From Candidatus Woesebacteria bacterium (GTDB taxonomy: Bacteria; Patescibacteriota; Microgenomatia; UBA8517): a stretch of DNA of 64,000 nt. Shown here in pieces: positions 10,738 through 20,599 of this stretch. The stretch spans positions 151,848-215,847 of the forward strand of contig DMZH01000001.1 in NCBI GenBank assembly GCA_003484955.1, written 5' to 3'. A program made the translations under genes and the position numbers. Under the pieces are notes generated by a model. That model saw only the letters and a list, made by a program, of their open reading frames with translations, did not search any database and had not been told where the DNA came from. Positions within the stretch are counted from its first letter, which is position 1. Each line of letters opens with the position of its first letter.

Positions 10738-10809
10738 GACCGGATGTCGAAGTGGAAACGAAGGTGTCTGCAAAACACCCATGCGCGGGTTCGATTCCCG
10801 CTCCGGTCT
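10738..10809 (+). tRNA. tRNA-Cys(GCA)
   Basis: Acceptor GACCGGA/TCCGGTC, anticodon arm GGTGT-CTGCAAA-ACACC, T arm GCGGG-TTCGATT-CCCGC, U73. CCA not encoded. Confidence 0.93.
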
Positions 10810-10874
10810 CTAAAGAAATTGTGAACACCCCAAACTTGACTTTGGGGCTTTTCATAAGCTACAATAGCGACTCG

Positions 10875-10896
10875 TCCCGCAATAGCGGGATTTTTT
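10875..10896 (+). terminator. Rho-independent terminator-like hairpin
   Basis: TCCCGC-AATA-GCGGGA followed by TTTTTT. Confidence 0.7.
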
Positions 10897-10988
10897 GTGT
10901 CTGCCCACACATACGGGTGAGGTTTTTAGCTTCTGCCAAAAATCGAGCTTGGAATATGACATCCTGTGCCAGGATCTAATGGCACATT

Positions 10989-11663
10989 ATGAGAAAAATA
11001 AACGTTGAACTGCCTAAGTATCGCCTCCAGCTTAATGTAAAGCTGGTAAAAAGGCGAAAACCTTTGCTGGAAGAACCGATTCTTCCCAAGGCTTCTCTTG
11101 TGAGAAAAAAATACCGAAAAGGGACTTTTCTCGGCAGGCTTGCTAGATATTTTGCGGATCATAAAAATATACGAAAAATTTTTGCTTCCAGTTTTGCTTT
11201 CATTGCTATTACCACTACCTTTATTCCCCAGTCTGGTGGAGTCCAGGCACAGGGATCGGAAAACATCGTTATTGAAGCTCAAACCAACCTTGTAACCGAA
11301 AAGGGTATGCTTTATCCTGTTGACCAGATAAAAATGAACCAAGGTTATAGCATTTTTCACAAAGGAATAGATCTTGGGGGAAAAACAGGAGAACCAATCA
11401 AGCCCATAATGGAAGGTGTCGTTGCCTATGCCGGATGGGACCGTTCGGGATATGGAAATTTGGTTGTATTGCAACACAAAAACGGCCTTGATTCGTACTA
11501 CGCTCATCTTTCCAAAATCGAAGTTAAAACCGGCCAAACCGTTGACGTAAATACAGAGATTGGGAAAATGGGAGCAACAGGACGCACCACAGGCACCCAT
11601 CTTCATCTTGAGATTCATCAAAACGGAATTTCCCTCAATCCCTTAACAATCTTAAGTAGATAA
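10989..11663 (+). CDS. M23 family metallopeptidase
   Basis: HKGID (HxxxD), YAHL and HLHLE (HxH) motifs, with an N-terminal TM. Confidence 0.92.
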   Translation: MRKINVELPKYRLQLNVKLVKRRKPLLEEPILPKASLVRKKYRKGTFLGRLARYFADHKNIRKIFASSFAFIAITTTFIPQSGGVQAQGSENIVIEAQTNLVTEKGMLYPVDQIKMNQGYSIFHKGIDLGGKTGEPIKPIMEGVVAYAGWDRSGYGNLVVLQHKNGLDSYYAHLSKIEVKTGQTVDVNTEIGKMGATGRTTGTHLHLEIHQNGISLNPLTILSR

Positions 11664-11664
11664 G

Positions 11665-12261
11665 CTATCTGTTTTCCAGAGATCTCCAAAGATACCAAGA
11701 GGCAACTGTTCTATAAGGAGACCAGTTTTTAAGGGCAAATTTGGCGGACTTCTCTTTATCAAATTTTTTACCTGTTACTTTTTCAAATCCGTTTTTAATG
11801 CCCAGATCCTCCACAGGAAAAACATCTGGCCTACCCAGTTTAAACATTAAAAACATGTCTGCAGTCCAGGGCCCTATACCTTTGACCGCTACTAATTCCT
11901 TCCGGACTTCTTCATCGGATAGTTTGTCCAAACTTTTTACTTTTAGCTCTCCATTTTGGGTTCTTAAGGCCAAATCTTTAATGGCTCTGACCTTACTCCA
12001 GGCCATTCCGCAATTTCTTAAAATGTTTTCATCCATCTTCAGAATCTTTTCCGAAGTCATTACGCCTTTAATCTTGGTCCTCAAACGGCTTTCGATTACA
12101 TCTGCAACCCTACCTGAAAGCTGTTGGCCGATGATATCGCCCACAAGCCCCTGAAAATAATCTATATGAAGCTTGGGTTTGATTGTGCAATGCCCCCACT
12201 TTTTAACAAGGGGCCTTAGACTTTTGTCTTTCAGCAGAAATTCCTCAGCATTTTTCCACAC
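11665..12261 (-). CDS. alkA: DNA-3-methyladenine glycosylase (AlkA/HhH-GPD)
   Basis: IIGQQLS, VKGIGPWTA, DVFPVEDLG and WSPYRTVASWYLW motifs. Confidence 0.88.
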   Translation of the reverse strand: MWKNAEEFLLKDKSLRPLVKKWGHCTIKPKLHIDYFQGLVGDIIGQQLSGRVADVIESRLRTKIKGVMTSEKILKMDENILRNCGMAWSKVRAIKDLALRTQNGELKVKSLDKLSDEEVRKELVAVKGIGPWTADMFLMFKLGRPDVFPVEDLGIKNGFEKVTGKKFDKEKSAKFALKNWSPYRTVASWYLWRSLENR

Positions 12262-12264
12262 ACA

Positions 12265-12306
12265 ACCAATTGTAAATTATTAATTGATAATTGGAAATCA
12301 GAAGTT
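12265..12306. repeat. Degenerate period-7 tandem repeat (NNNAATT)
   Basis: ACCAATT GTAAATT ATTAATT GATAATT GGAAATC AGAAGTT, between groEL and alkA. Confidence 0.6.
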
Positions 12307-13925
12307 TAGTAGTCCATTCCGCCTGCGGGCATCTGGGGCTCTTTCTTTTCTTCGGGGATATCCGTCACCAGGCCTTCCGTAGTTAAAACCATCATGGCAA
12401 CGCTTGCAGCGTTCTGAATAGCACTTCTGGTAACTTTGACCGGATCAACTATACCCATTTTAGTCATTGATCCGAATTTTCCGGTTAGAGCATTATATCC
12501 AAAGTCATTATCCTTACTTGCCAAAACTTTTTTCAGGACCTCTTCCCCGTCTTCTCCTGCATTTTTTGCCAACCATTTTATGGGTTCCTCTAGGGCTTCC
12601 TTAACAATATCAACGCCAATTTGCTCGTCTCCTTTTTCAACTTTTATATTTTTTACTGCTCCAGCCGCCCTTAGAAGTGCCGTTTCTCCCCCGGGAACAA
12701 TTCCCTCTTCAGTTGCTGCTTTGGTGGCCCCAACCGCATCTTTGACTCTCTCTTTTTTATCGTTAAGTTCAATCTCTGTGGCTGCCCCCACATTTATTTG
12801 AGCAACTCCACCTGCAAGTTTGGCCAGTCTTTCTTCAAACTTTTCTTTATCAAAATCGCTGTCGGAAGCTTCGATTTGTTTTCTGATAGAAGCGACTCTG
12901 GCATTGATTAATGTCTTTTCTCCTTTTCCACCGATGATTCTTGCATTATCTTTATCTGCCCAAACTTTATCGGCACGGCCAAGGTCTGTTACCTCAATTG
13001 ATTCAAAAGTGCGTCCGGTATCCCCTGATATGACTGTTCCGCCAGTCAGAATTGCAATGTCTTCCAACATTTCACTTCGACGATCTCCAAAACCTGGAGC
13101 TTTAATGGCTAAAACACTAAAAGTACCACGAAGCTTGTTAACCACCAATGTAGCCAAGGCTTCACCTTCGATCTCGTCAGCAATAATTACCAAATTCTTC
13201 GAAACTTTGACAAATTTCTCCAAAAAAGGAAGAAGTTCCTGAATTGAAGATATTTTTTTGTCGGTTAAAAGAATATAAGGTTCCTCAATTTCCGCTTCCA
13301 TCTTGTCCGGATTGGTAACAAAATATGCTGAAGCATAACCCCTGTCAAACTCCATGCCCTCTTTATACTCAATATCAATTGTTAAACCCTTTCCTTCCTC
13401 AACCGTAACAACGCCATCGCGTCCGACTTTGTCAAGAGCTTCGGCAATTTTAGCGCCAATTTCGTCATCCCCTGCAGATATACTCGCAACTTGAGCAATT
13501 TCTTCTTTATTTTTGATTGGCTTAGCCATTTTTTTAAGTTCTTCAGCAACAGCTTCAATTGCTTTCTCAATCCCCTTTTTGACAATCATTGGGTTCGCGC
13601 CGGCATTAATCTTAGCCATTCCTTTTTGGGTCATTACTTGTGCAAGAAGTGTAGAAGTTGTTGTCCCATCACCAGCATTATCGTTGGTTTTGCTGGCTGC
13701 CTCTTTAACAAGCTGCGCACCCATATTTTCAAATGGATCAGGAAGATCAATTTCTTTGGCTACAGTTACTCCATCATGTACTATGTTCGGAGCTCCCCAC
13801 TTTTTATCCAAGGCAATATTTCTGCCCTTCGGACCAAGAGTCGTTACGACTGCTTTAGCAACAGTGTCAATTCCTTTTAGCAACGCCTCTCTGGCGTCGT
13901 TTGAAAATTTTAATTGTTTTGCCAT
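12306..13925 (-). CDS. groL: Chaperonin GroEL
   Basis: [22 protein letters not shown] and KAPGFGDRR motifs. Confidence 0.99.
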   Translation of the reverse strand: MAKQLKFSNDAREALLKGIDTVAKAVVTTLGPKGRNIALDKKWGAPNIVHDGVTVAKEIDLPDPFENMGAQLVKEAASKTNDNAGDGTTTSTLLAQVMTQKGMAKINAGANPMIVKKGIEKAIEAVAEELKKMAKPIKNKEEIAQVASISAGDDEIGAKIAEALDKVGRDGVVTVEEGKGLTIDIEYKEGMEFDRGYASAYFVTNPDKMEAEIEEPYILLTDKKISSIQELLPFLEKFVKVSKNLVIIADEIEGEALATLVVNKLRGTFSVLAIKAPGFGDRRSEMLEDIAILTGGTVISGDTGRTFESIEVTDLGRADKVWADKDNARIIGGKGEKTLINARVASIRKQIEASDSDFDKEKFEERLAKLAGGVAQINVGAATEIELNDKKERVKDAVGATKAATEEGIVPGGETALLRAAGAVKNIKVEKGDEQIGVDIVKEALEEPIKWLAKNAGEDGEEVLKKVLASKDNDFGYNALTGKFGSMTKMGIVDPVKVTRSAIQNAASVAMMVLTTEGLVTDIPEEKKEPQMPAGGMDY

Positions 13926-13951
13926 ATAGAGTACGTCAAACGCATGAATAC

Positions 13952-14248
13952 TTAGGCCTCTGTGGCCAAAATATCCTCAAATTTAACAAACATATATTCC
14001 TTGCCCTCAATTTTTACCTCATTTCCTCCCCATTTTTTATAAAAAACAACTTCATTTAGTTTGGCGGGAGATTCTATTTTTTGACCTTCTTGCAAGGCAG
14101 ATGCTCCCACTGCAATCACTTTTCCTTTTTGTGGTTTTTCTGAAGCGTTATCGGGTAGATAAATCCCGGAGGCAGTTTTTGTTTCTGCCTCTAAAGGCTC
14201 AATTAAAAGATATCCTGCGGTCGGTTTAAGATTTAATTTACTTGCCAT
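13952..14248 (-). CDS. groS: Co-chaperonin GroES
   Basis: LKP...[23 protein letters not shown] at 14248 (MASKL) preferred as start. Confidence 0.97.
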   Translation of the reverse strand: MASKLNLKPTAGYLLIEPLEAETKTASGIYLPDNASEKPQKGKVIAVGASALQEGQKIESPAKLNEVVFYKKWGGNEVKIEGKEYMFVKFEDILATEA

Positions 14249-14276
14249 ATTTTTAATTTTGTAAGCGACAATTGGG

Positions 14277-14303
14277 TTAGCATTCCAACCCAATGAGTGC
14301 TAT
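14277..14303. promoter_or_regulatory. CIRCE operator (HrcA binding site)
   Basis: TTAGCATTC-N9-GAGTGCTAT against consensus TTAGCACTC-N9-GAGTGCTAA, just upstream of groES. Confidence 0.85.
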
Positions 14304-14326
14304 TTTAAGAACTCGCCAGTGCATTG

Positions 14327-15178
14327 TCAATAGGCCATTTTGCCAAGAATCTTCTTACTCAGGTTATTTGGATGAAAAATTGCTCTTGTAGGAGTGACTA
14401 CTTCACGGGTAATTTTCTGTTTCATATAAGAGTATTGAATTTTGAAACATAGCATTTCTAACATGTTTAATTTCAAAGGTTTCGTATATGATGAACTGTT
14501 CTTGTTTAGTCTCACTTCGGCAGCATTTGGCCAAAATTTTAAAGCCCATTTATTCACTGACAAAAAGCGTTCATATGCTCCCCCTCTGTTAATAAGTGGG
14601 GTTATCTGAAGAATTTCGTGAGCAGTGTAAAAGTTTCTTTCTTTCTTACTCCAAGTAAGATCGCTTTCATCGAGCCAAATATTTAAACATAGTCTGTCTT
14701 TCTGGCGCGGATTTAGCGGCTTTCTTAAACGAAAATTAAAAAGTTTGAGAAGCACATAAACTGCAATTCTTGTGGTCCAAAGCCTTCCCTTTTTTGTAAT
14801 AAAAATCAGATCAATATCGCTCTCTTTTCCTGCATTATCCATTGCCAATGAGCCACTTATGGCAACCATCTTTACACCGGGAATGAAAAAGACAATTTTA
14901 GAAACTCTTTCGGCAATTTTTCTCTTCCTTCGGGAAAATCTTTTTCTGACAGTTCTCTTATAAACCAATCCATCCTTCCCTTCGATAAAATAATATCCAT
15001 TCTTATAATCAACTCTGGAGCCGATTTCCGGCGCATCTCCGGGAGTCCATTTGACAAGTTCAGAGAAGGTTAACGGATATTCAAAAAGGTTATGGTAAAA
15101 CACAGAAAATCTTTCTGAAGCATTTAAACCGCCTCCCGGCGGGTTTTTCCCTGAAGTAAATTCATGCAAAACAGACAT
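14327..15178 (-). CDS. Pol-beta superfamily nucleotidyltransferase-like protein
   Basis: SGSLA...SDIDL (GS..DxD) signature. Its ATG overlaps the upstream stop codon. Confidence 0.7.
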   Translation of the reverse strand: MSVLHEFTSGKNPPGGGLNASERFSVFYHNLFEYPLTFSELVKWTPGDAPEIGSRVDYKNGYYFIEGKDGLVYKRTVRKRFSRRKRKIAERVSKIVFFIPGVKMVAISGSLAMDNAGKESDIDLIFITKKGRLWTTRIAVYVLLKLFNFRLRKPLNPRQKDRLCLNIWLDESDLTWSKKERNFYTAHEILQITPLINRGGAYERFLSVNKWALKFWPNAAEVRLNKNSSSYTKPLKLNMLEMLCFKIQYSYMKQKITREVVTPTRAIFHPNNLSKKILGKMAY

Positions 15179-16602
15179 TATTTTACGGAGATGCCGTACT
15201 GTACCAGAATTTGAGCAACACCCTGAGCGACTGTGGCGAGAGCCTCGGTTGCTGATTTTTTACCTGTCACGACAGCGTTGACTGCATCTGCAAAATAATT
15301 GGAAATTTGAGTATTTATTCCGGTAGAACCGTCAAAAGTACGGCTGGCGAGGTACCAGCTTCTGGCACCCGGTGCTTGTGTAATAATTGATCCGATAATG
15401 GGGTGATCTTTGAGTAATGCTGCCATATCGGTTCTGGGATAGGGCTCGCCAAAATTCCTTACAGCCGACTCGTTTTTATAAAGTTTTTGTAAGGACTCAG
15501 CACTAACCAAATAATTTAGCAGATCCCAGGCAGTGGACTTATTCGGGCTCTTTGACCAAACACCCTGCGCCCAGTAAGTTGCGTAGGTAATGTCTACCTC
15601 ATTAGGGCTATCTTTGGGAAGCTGGGGAATGGGAACTGTTTTATATTTTAAATTCGGATTTTTCTGTTGTATTTCAAATGCTCTCCAGCTCGGAGCTATA
15701 AACATAGCCAGTTTCCCTGCCGCAAAGGCCTGAGTTGAGGTTGGAAGGGTTGCGTCCCAAACTCCGTCAACCGAGGAAAAAATTGTAAAAAACGTCAAAG
15801 CATCCTCTGCATTTTTTCCGACAGGGTTGCCCAAATCCACACCGTTTTGGAGCATCAGGAGAGCTAAAATCTCCTGCCAATGATCAACGTTTTCTGTTCT
15901 CCCAAGAGCTATGCCGGATTGCGTTATGCTTCCTTTATCATCTTTTATGGTTAGCTCTTTTGCCAGACTTCTTAAGCCGTCCCAGGTTGTGGGAGGAGTC
16001 TTCCCGGCTTTGTCAAAGATATCCTGATTTATATACAAGGTCAGAGCATCATAACCAATGGGGATACCGACAATAGAATTACCGTAGGAAAAATCAGAAG
16101 TAATAACCGGATAAAAGTTTTTGGAATAATCCGCTGCTGTCATTACTGAAGAGGGAAGCGCATCAAGATCGGATTTAAACATTGGCGTCCAGGTGTTGTG
16201 AAATGTAAAAATATCCGGACCCTCTCCTTTTGTCAGAGCATTTGACAACCTCACACGATAATCTTGAGGTGACTGAATAATATATGTAATTTTTATTCCC
16301 GGATGCGAAGACTCATATGAGGAAATTAGCGGCGCAACAATACTCGAGTCCTCCCAAAGTCCCCACCAAGTTATGTTTCCCGAACTTTTATCTGTGGATT
16401 TTCCCAATAGTTTAAAGGCAGCAAAACCCAGTACTGCCAATAAAAATATTATTCCGACAACAAGCAAAATTTTGGGAAATTTTTTCTTTGGCAATAGAAC
16501 GACTTGGGGAGGAGGAACGTTTGACGGACTATCCGGCGTGCCAACGGGTACACCAACAGGACTTTGAGTGTTATTGTTTTGGTAAATATTAAGAGGTGGC
16601 AT
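15178..16602 (-). CDS. Extracellular solute-binding protein family 1, TM-anchored
   Basis: GPDIF, LYINQDIF..AG..PPTTWD and AFAAGKLAM motifs. Pro-rich N-terminus followed by a TM. Confidence 0.85.
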   Translation of the reverse strand: MPPLNIYQNNNTQSPVGVPVGTPDSPSNVPPPQVVLLPKKKFPKILLVVGIIFLLAVLGFAAFKLLGKSTDKSSGNITWWGLWEDSSIVAPLISSYESSHPGIKITYIIQSPQDYRVRLSNALTKGEGPDIFTFHNTWTPMFKSDLDALPSSVMTAADYSKNFYPVITSDFSYGNSIVGIPIGYDALTLYINQDIFDKAGKTPPTTWDGLRSLAKELTIKDDKGSITQSGIALGRTENVDHWQEILALLMLQNGVDLGNPVGKNAEDALTFFTIFSSVDGVWDATLPTSTQAFAAGKLAMFIAPSWRAFEIQQKNPNLKYKTVPIPQLPKDSPNEVDITYATYWAQGVWSKSPNKSTAWDLLNYLVSAESLQKLYKNESAVRNFGEPYPRTDMAALLKDHPIIGSIITQAPGARSWYLASRTFDGSTGINTQISNYFADAVNAVVTGKKSATEALATVAQGVAQILVQYGISVK

Positions 16603-16650
16603 TTTCTCTGCGTTTTGGGTTATATTTAAATGGTATCATATGCCTAGAAT

Positions 16651-18435
16651 ATGGCAAGTAATTCCGATAATAAAATGGGGAAGATAGCTGGATCTTTTTT
16701 CAAAAAATATCTGCTCCGAGGTGTTATTGTTCTTGGCACACTAATATTAATCGTCCTTGCAGGAATTTTATCCTATTTAATAGTCTATAACGGAAAAATT
16801 TACCCGAACATTTCTGTGGCCGGCATTAAAGTTGGTGGAATTATCTCTTCTGAGGCTTCCGGTATTTTATCTAAAAATACGATTACACCCTCAGAGCTAA
16901 CTCTTACCTATCAAGACCAAGTTTTCAAAATAAAAACAGACGACATCAATCTTTCCTATGATTTTCCAGCCTCTGCCAATAGAGTTTTCGAGTTTACAAG
17001 AACAGGAAATATTCTTTACGATCTTGAAAACCGTATTAGATTACTCTTTTACCCTAAAAACTTTGGCCTTGTTACCAATATAAGCAGCGATAAGCTTGCA
17101 AAAACTGTTTCTATTATTGCCGGGCAAATTTCCATCGACCCGATTAATCCGGGTATTAGTAAAGTTAATGGCAGCATTGTTGTAAACAGGGGTTCCCCCG
17201 GAAAGGAAGTCGACCAAGAACGGTTAACATCTGATATTGTGCAAAGCTTATCTGTGGGTTCGGCCAGTCAAATTTCAATTCCCGTTGATAATGTCGATAA
17301 CACCCTAAATGAAGTTGAAGCAAAAGCGCTTACAGAACGTGCGCAGAAATTTCTCGGAAAAACCATTTCGTTAAAATTCGAGTACAACAATATCCAGCTT
17401 CAAGATACTGATTTGTTCAAACTTCTCGATCCGAAGGAGGGTTATAAAGACGATGCTCTTTCCGAATCTATTCAAAAAGTTGCGGAGACAATTGAGCGTG
17501 ATCCGCAAAACCCAAAGTTTGTATTTGAAAATGGAAAAGTAACTGAATTTCAACCGTCCCTCCCCGGCGTAAAAATAGACAATGAAAACTTTAAAAATTT
17601 GCTCATTGAAAAAATGGATATACTAGCCGGTTCAACGGATAAAAATTTAGATCTTGATATCCCCGTAGTTAAATCGCCACCTGAAATCACAACAGATAAA
17701 GTTAATAATCTGGGAATTAAGGAATTGATTGGGAGGGGAACTTCAACATATTTTCATTCCATTCCAAACCGTGTCCACAACGTATCTCTTGCCGCCTCCC
17801 GAATAAACGGAACCCTTGTTAAACCTGGTGAAACTTTTTCTTTTAATGAGGCCCTGGGAGACGTCTCAGCTTTTACGGGTTATCAACAGGCTTACATTAT
17901 CAGTGGCGGTAAAACAATTCTTGGTGATGGCGGTGGGGTTTGCCAGGTTTCAACTACACTATTCAGAGCGCTTCTGGATGCAGGGCTCCCAATTATTGAA
18001 CGTCAAGCCCACGCCTATCGTGTGGGGTATTATGAACAAGATTCTCCCCCGGGGCTTGATGCCACTGTTTATTCACCCTCTCCAGATTTGAAATTTACCA
18101 ATGATACCGGTAACTATGTCCTAATTGAAGCAAGTGCAAATCCAAAAAATTATTCCTTGGTTTTTGAACTTTACGGAACACTTGACGGAAGAGTTGCCAG
18201 TGTCTCCAAGCCAATTGTGACAAATGTTTCCTCTCCACCCGAAGATCTTTATCAAGACGATCCAAGCCTTCCCACCGGAACAATCAAACAAATTGAGTAC
18301 AAAGCATGGGGAGCAAAAGTTACCTTCAAATATGTTGTCACCAAAAACGGCCAGGAAATTATTAATAAAACTTTTATAAGCAACTATAAGCCCTGGCAGG
18401 CAGTTTACTTGCGAGGAACCGGACCTGTAAATTAG
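16651..18435 (+). CDS. VanW family protein with PG-binding-4 region
   Basis: NRVHNV.LA...NGTLVKPGETFSFN, GGGVCQVSTTLF, ERQAH and GLDATV motifs. Confidence 0.9.
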   Translation: MASNSDNKMGKIAGSFFKKYLLRGVIVLGTLILIVLAGILSYLIVYNGKIYPNISVAGIKVGGIISSEASGILSKNTITPSELTLTYQDQVFKIKTDDINLSYDFPASANRVFEFTRTGNILYDLENRIRLLFYPKNFGLVTNISSDKLAKTVSIIAGQISIDPINPGISKVNGSIVVNRGSPGKEVDQERLTSDIVQSLSVGSASQISIPVDNVDNTLNEVEAKALTERAQKFLGKTISLKFEYNNIQLQDTDLFKLLDPKEGYKDDALSESIQKVAETIERDPQNPKFVFENGKVTEFQPSLPGVKIDNENFKNLLIEKMDILAGSTDKNLDLDIPVVKSPPEITTDKVNNLGIKELIGRGTSTYFHSIPNRVHNVSLAASRINGTLVKPGETFSFNEALGDVSAFTGYQQAYIISGGKTILGDGGGVCQVSTTLFRALLDAGLPIIERQAHAYRVGYYEQDSPPGLDATVYSPSPDLKFTNDTGNYVLIEASANPKNYSLVFELYGTLDGRVASVSKPIVTNVSSPPEDLYQDDPSLPTGTIKQIEYKAWGAKVTFKYVVTKNGQEIINKTFISNYKPWQAVYLRGTGPVN

Positions 18436-18471
18436 TTTGGGGCAAGCCTCAAATTATAGTAAAATGTCCCC

Positions 18472-19527
18472 ATGCAAATTGTTAAATGTAACAAAGATTC
18501 AATTGAAATTGCCGACGGTATCTTAAAAAGTGGCGGCTTAATAATCTATCCGACTGAAACATTGTATGGTGTCGGGGTTGATGCAACAAACGAAGAAGCA
18601 GTTAAAAAACTTACCGTTTACAAAAACCGTCCTTTGGGAAAACCCTACTCTATAGCAGTTAGGGATATCAAAATGGCCGAGGAGTATGGAAACATAAATC
18701 AAACCGCAAAAAATCTTTTTCTTGAGTTTTTGCCCGGACCATTAACCGTCATTGTTAGAGGAAAACATAAACTCGCCAGGGGTGTTGAATCCGAAAACGG
18801 AAAGGTTGGAATAAGACTCCCCGACTATGAATTTGTCCAAAAGCTAGTTGGCAAATTTGGCAAACCTATCACGGCAACGTCGGCAAATGCCAGTTATAAA
18901 AAAAGGCCATATCAGGTTTCCGATATATTGGACAACCTGAGCCAAAAACAGAAAGATTTGATCGACCTCGTTGTCGATGCCGGAAAACTCCCAACAAGAG
19001 ATCCTTCTACTGTTATCGATACCACCCTTGATGAGCCAATGACATTAAGACAAGGAGAAATAAAACTTTCAGATAAAAATGAAGTTTTAAGCAGAAGTGA
19101 GGAAAACACTCAAAATATTGCTAAGGAAATTTGGCAACATTTTGAATCATACTTGGGTAAAAGATCGATTGTCTTTGCCCTCCAAGGAGAAATGGGAACC
19201 GGAAAAACCCAATTTACAAAGGGGCTTGCCCGTGCAATGGGAATAACAGAACTTGTCACCTCCCCCACTTTTGCCATCGAAAACGAATACGAAACGGGGG
19301 GAAATAAGCTTTATCACTTTGATGCATGGAGATTGGAAAACTCGGAAGAGCTTAACGCTCTTGGATTCCAAAAATTGGTTTTGCAAAAATCGGTCATTTC
19401 TGTGGAATGGGCCGAAAAAGTTGCCGACGTCATTCGCGGGTTTGACGACGAGGCAATAATTATTTGGATCAAAATAAAGTTTGGGGTAAGTGAAAGTGAC
19501 AGGATAATTTCCTGGGGAAATTTATGA
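18472..19527 (+). CDS. Fusion of TsaC (YrdC/Sua5-type threonylcarbamoyl-AMP synthase) and TsaE (YjeE ATPase)
   Basis: N-half has YPTETLYG, KNRP, PGPLT, TATSAN and STVID. C-half has LQGEMGTGKT, VTSPTF, LYHFDAWRL and VEWAE. Single uninterrupted ORF. Confidence 0.92.
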   Translation: MQIVKCNKDSIEIADGILKSGGLIIYPTETLYGVGVDATNEEAVKKLTVYKNRPLGKPYSIAVRDIKMAEEYGNINQTAKNLFLEFLPGPLTVIVRGKHKLARGVESENGKVGIRLPDYEFVQKLVGKFGKPITATSANASYKKRPYQVSDILDNLSQKQKDLIDLVVDAGKLPTRDPSTVIDTTLDEPMTLRQGEIKLSDKNEVLSRSEENTQNIAKEIWQHFESYLGKRSIVFALQGEMGTGKTQFTKGLARAMGITELVTSPTFAIENEYETGGNKLYHFDAWRLENSEELNALGFQKLVLQKSVISVEWAEKVADVIRGFDDEAIIIWIKIKFGVSESDRIISWGNL

Positions 19528-20570
19528 AAATATTGGCAATAGACACATCTTGCGATGAGACCTCGGCCGCATTAACGGACGGAACAAAAATTCTTTCCAA
19601 CATTATCTGGTCTCAATCCTCCGCGCATGCAAAATTCGGGGGTGTCATGCCCTCGCTTGCACAAAGAATGCATGAGGAAAGAATCGATTGGGTAATAGAC
19701 AGGGCAATTAAGAACTCAAAATGTACAGTCGGTGATTTGGATGCAATAGCGGTAACCACAGGACCCGGTCTTTCAATTGCCTTGGGGGTTGGAATAGACA
19801 GGGCCAAAAAACTGGCAATTAAACACAATAAGAAGCTTATTGCTATAAACCATCTTGAGGGACACATGCTCAGTTGTTTGGCGGGGCCAAACAGTGAGAG
19901 TTTAGAATTAAAAATTAATAATTTACAATTCCCGGCATTAGGACTTGTTGTATCCGGAGGAAATACCCTACTCGTTAAAATAAATAAAATCGGCTCCTAC
20001 GAGATTTTAGCCCAGACAACAGACGACGCTTTAGGAGAGGCTTTGGACAAAGGGGCAAGAATGTTGGGGTTGGGTTATCCGGGTGGCGCTGTTTTGGAAA
20101 AGGTCGCACGTGGCGGAGACATAAAAACCTATACCCTACCTGTTCCAATTGCGGGGCAGGAGAAAAGGCAGATGTTTACTTATTCCGGACTTAAAACCGC
20201 CTTTTCCCGTCTGGTTAAATCTGAGGAACCACTGACTAAAGTAAAAATTCAGAACCTCGCCGCTTGTTTCCAGGATGTGGCGTTTACCCATTTGGTGCGC
20301 GTTTTGCGTTATTACATAATTCATAATTCATCATTCGTAATTCATAATTTGCTTGTGGGTGGTGGTGTTTCTGCAAACATTGAAATTCGTAAACGCTTAA
20401 GAAAACTGTGCAGTCAATATTCTATAAATGTACTTTTTCCAAAATCTAAAAAACTTTATGGAGACAATGCCGCAATGATTGGTATAGCGGCGTATTTTAA
20501 AGCTCAAAGAAATGAATATATAAATCCGAATTTGATTGACAGAAAGCCGGGCGCAAAGATTTTCGATTGA
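19524..20570 (+). CDS. tsaD: tRNA N6-adenosine threonylcarbamoyltransferase
   Basis: ILAIDTSCDET, GPGL, INHLEGH, VSGG, DDALGEALDK, GGGVSAN and DNAAMIG motifs. Confidence 0.96.
   Translation: MKILAIDTSCDETSAALTDGTKILSNIIWSQSSAHAKFGGVMPSLAQRMHEERIDWVIDRAIKNSKCTVGDLDAIAVTTGPGLSIALGVGIDRAKKLAIKHNKKLIAINHLEGHMLSCLAGPNSESLELKINNLQFPALGLVVSGGNTLLVKINKIGSYEILAQTTDDALGEALDKGARMLGLGYPGGAVLEKVARGGDIKTYTLPVPIAGQEKRQMFTYSGLKTAFSRLVKSEEPLTKVKIQNLAACFQDVAFTHLVRVLRYYIIHNSSFVIHNLLVGGGVSANIEIRKRLRKLCSQYSINVLFPKSKKLYGDNAAMIGIAAYFKAQRNEYINPNLIDRKPGAKIFD
20315..20349. repeat. Period-7 tandem repeat inside tsaD
   Basis: CATAATT CATAATT CATCATT CGTAATT CATAATT, encoding IIHNSSFVIHN. Confidence 0.8.
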
Positions 20571-20599
20571 TGCTAAAATACAGGCAAGGCAATATTCAG

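Noticed and set aside
10646-10979. Short ORFs overlapping tRNA-Cys
   Set aside because: They are shadow translations of the tRNA and hairpins (e.g. AGSIPA, GNRTR).
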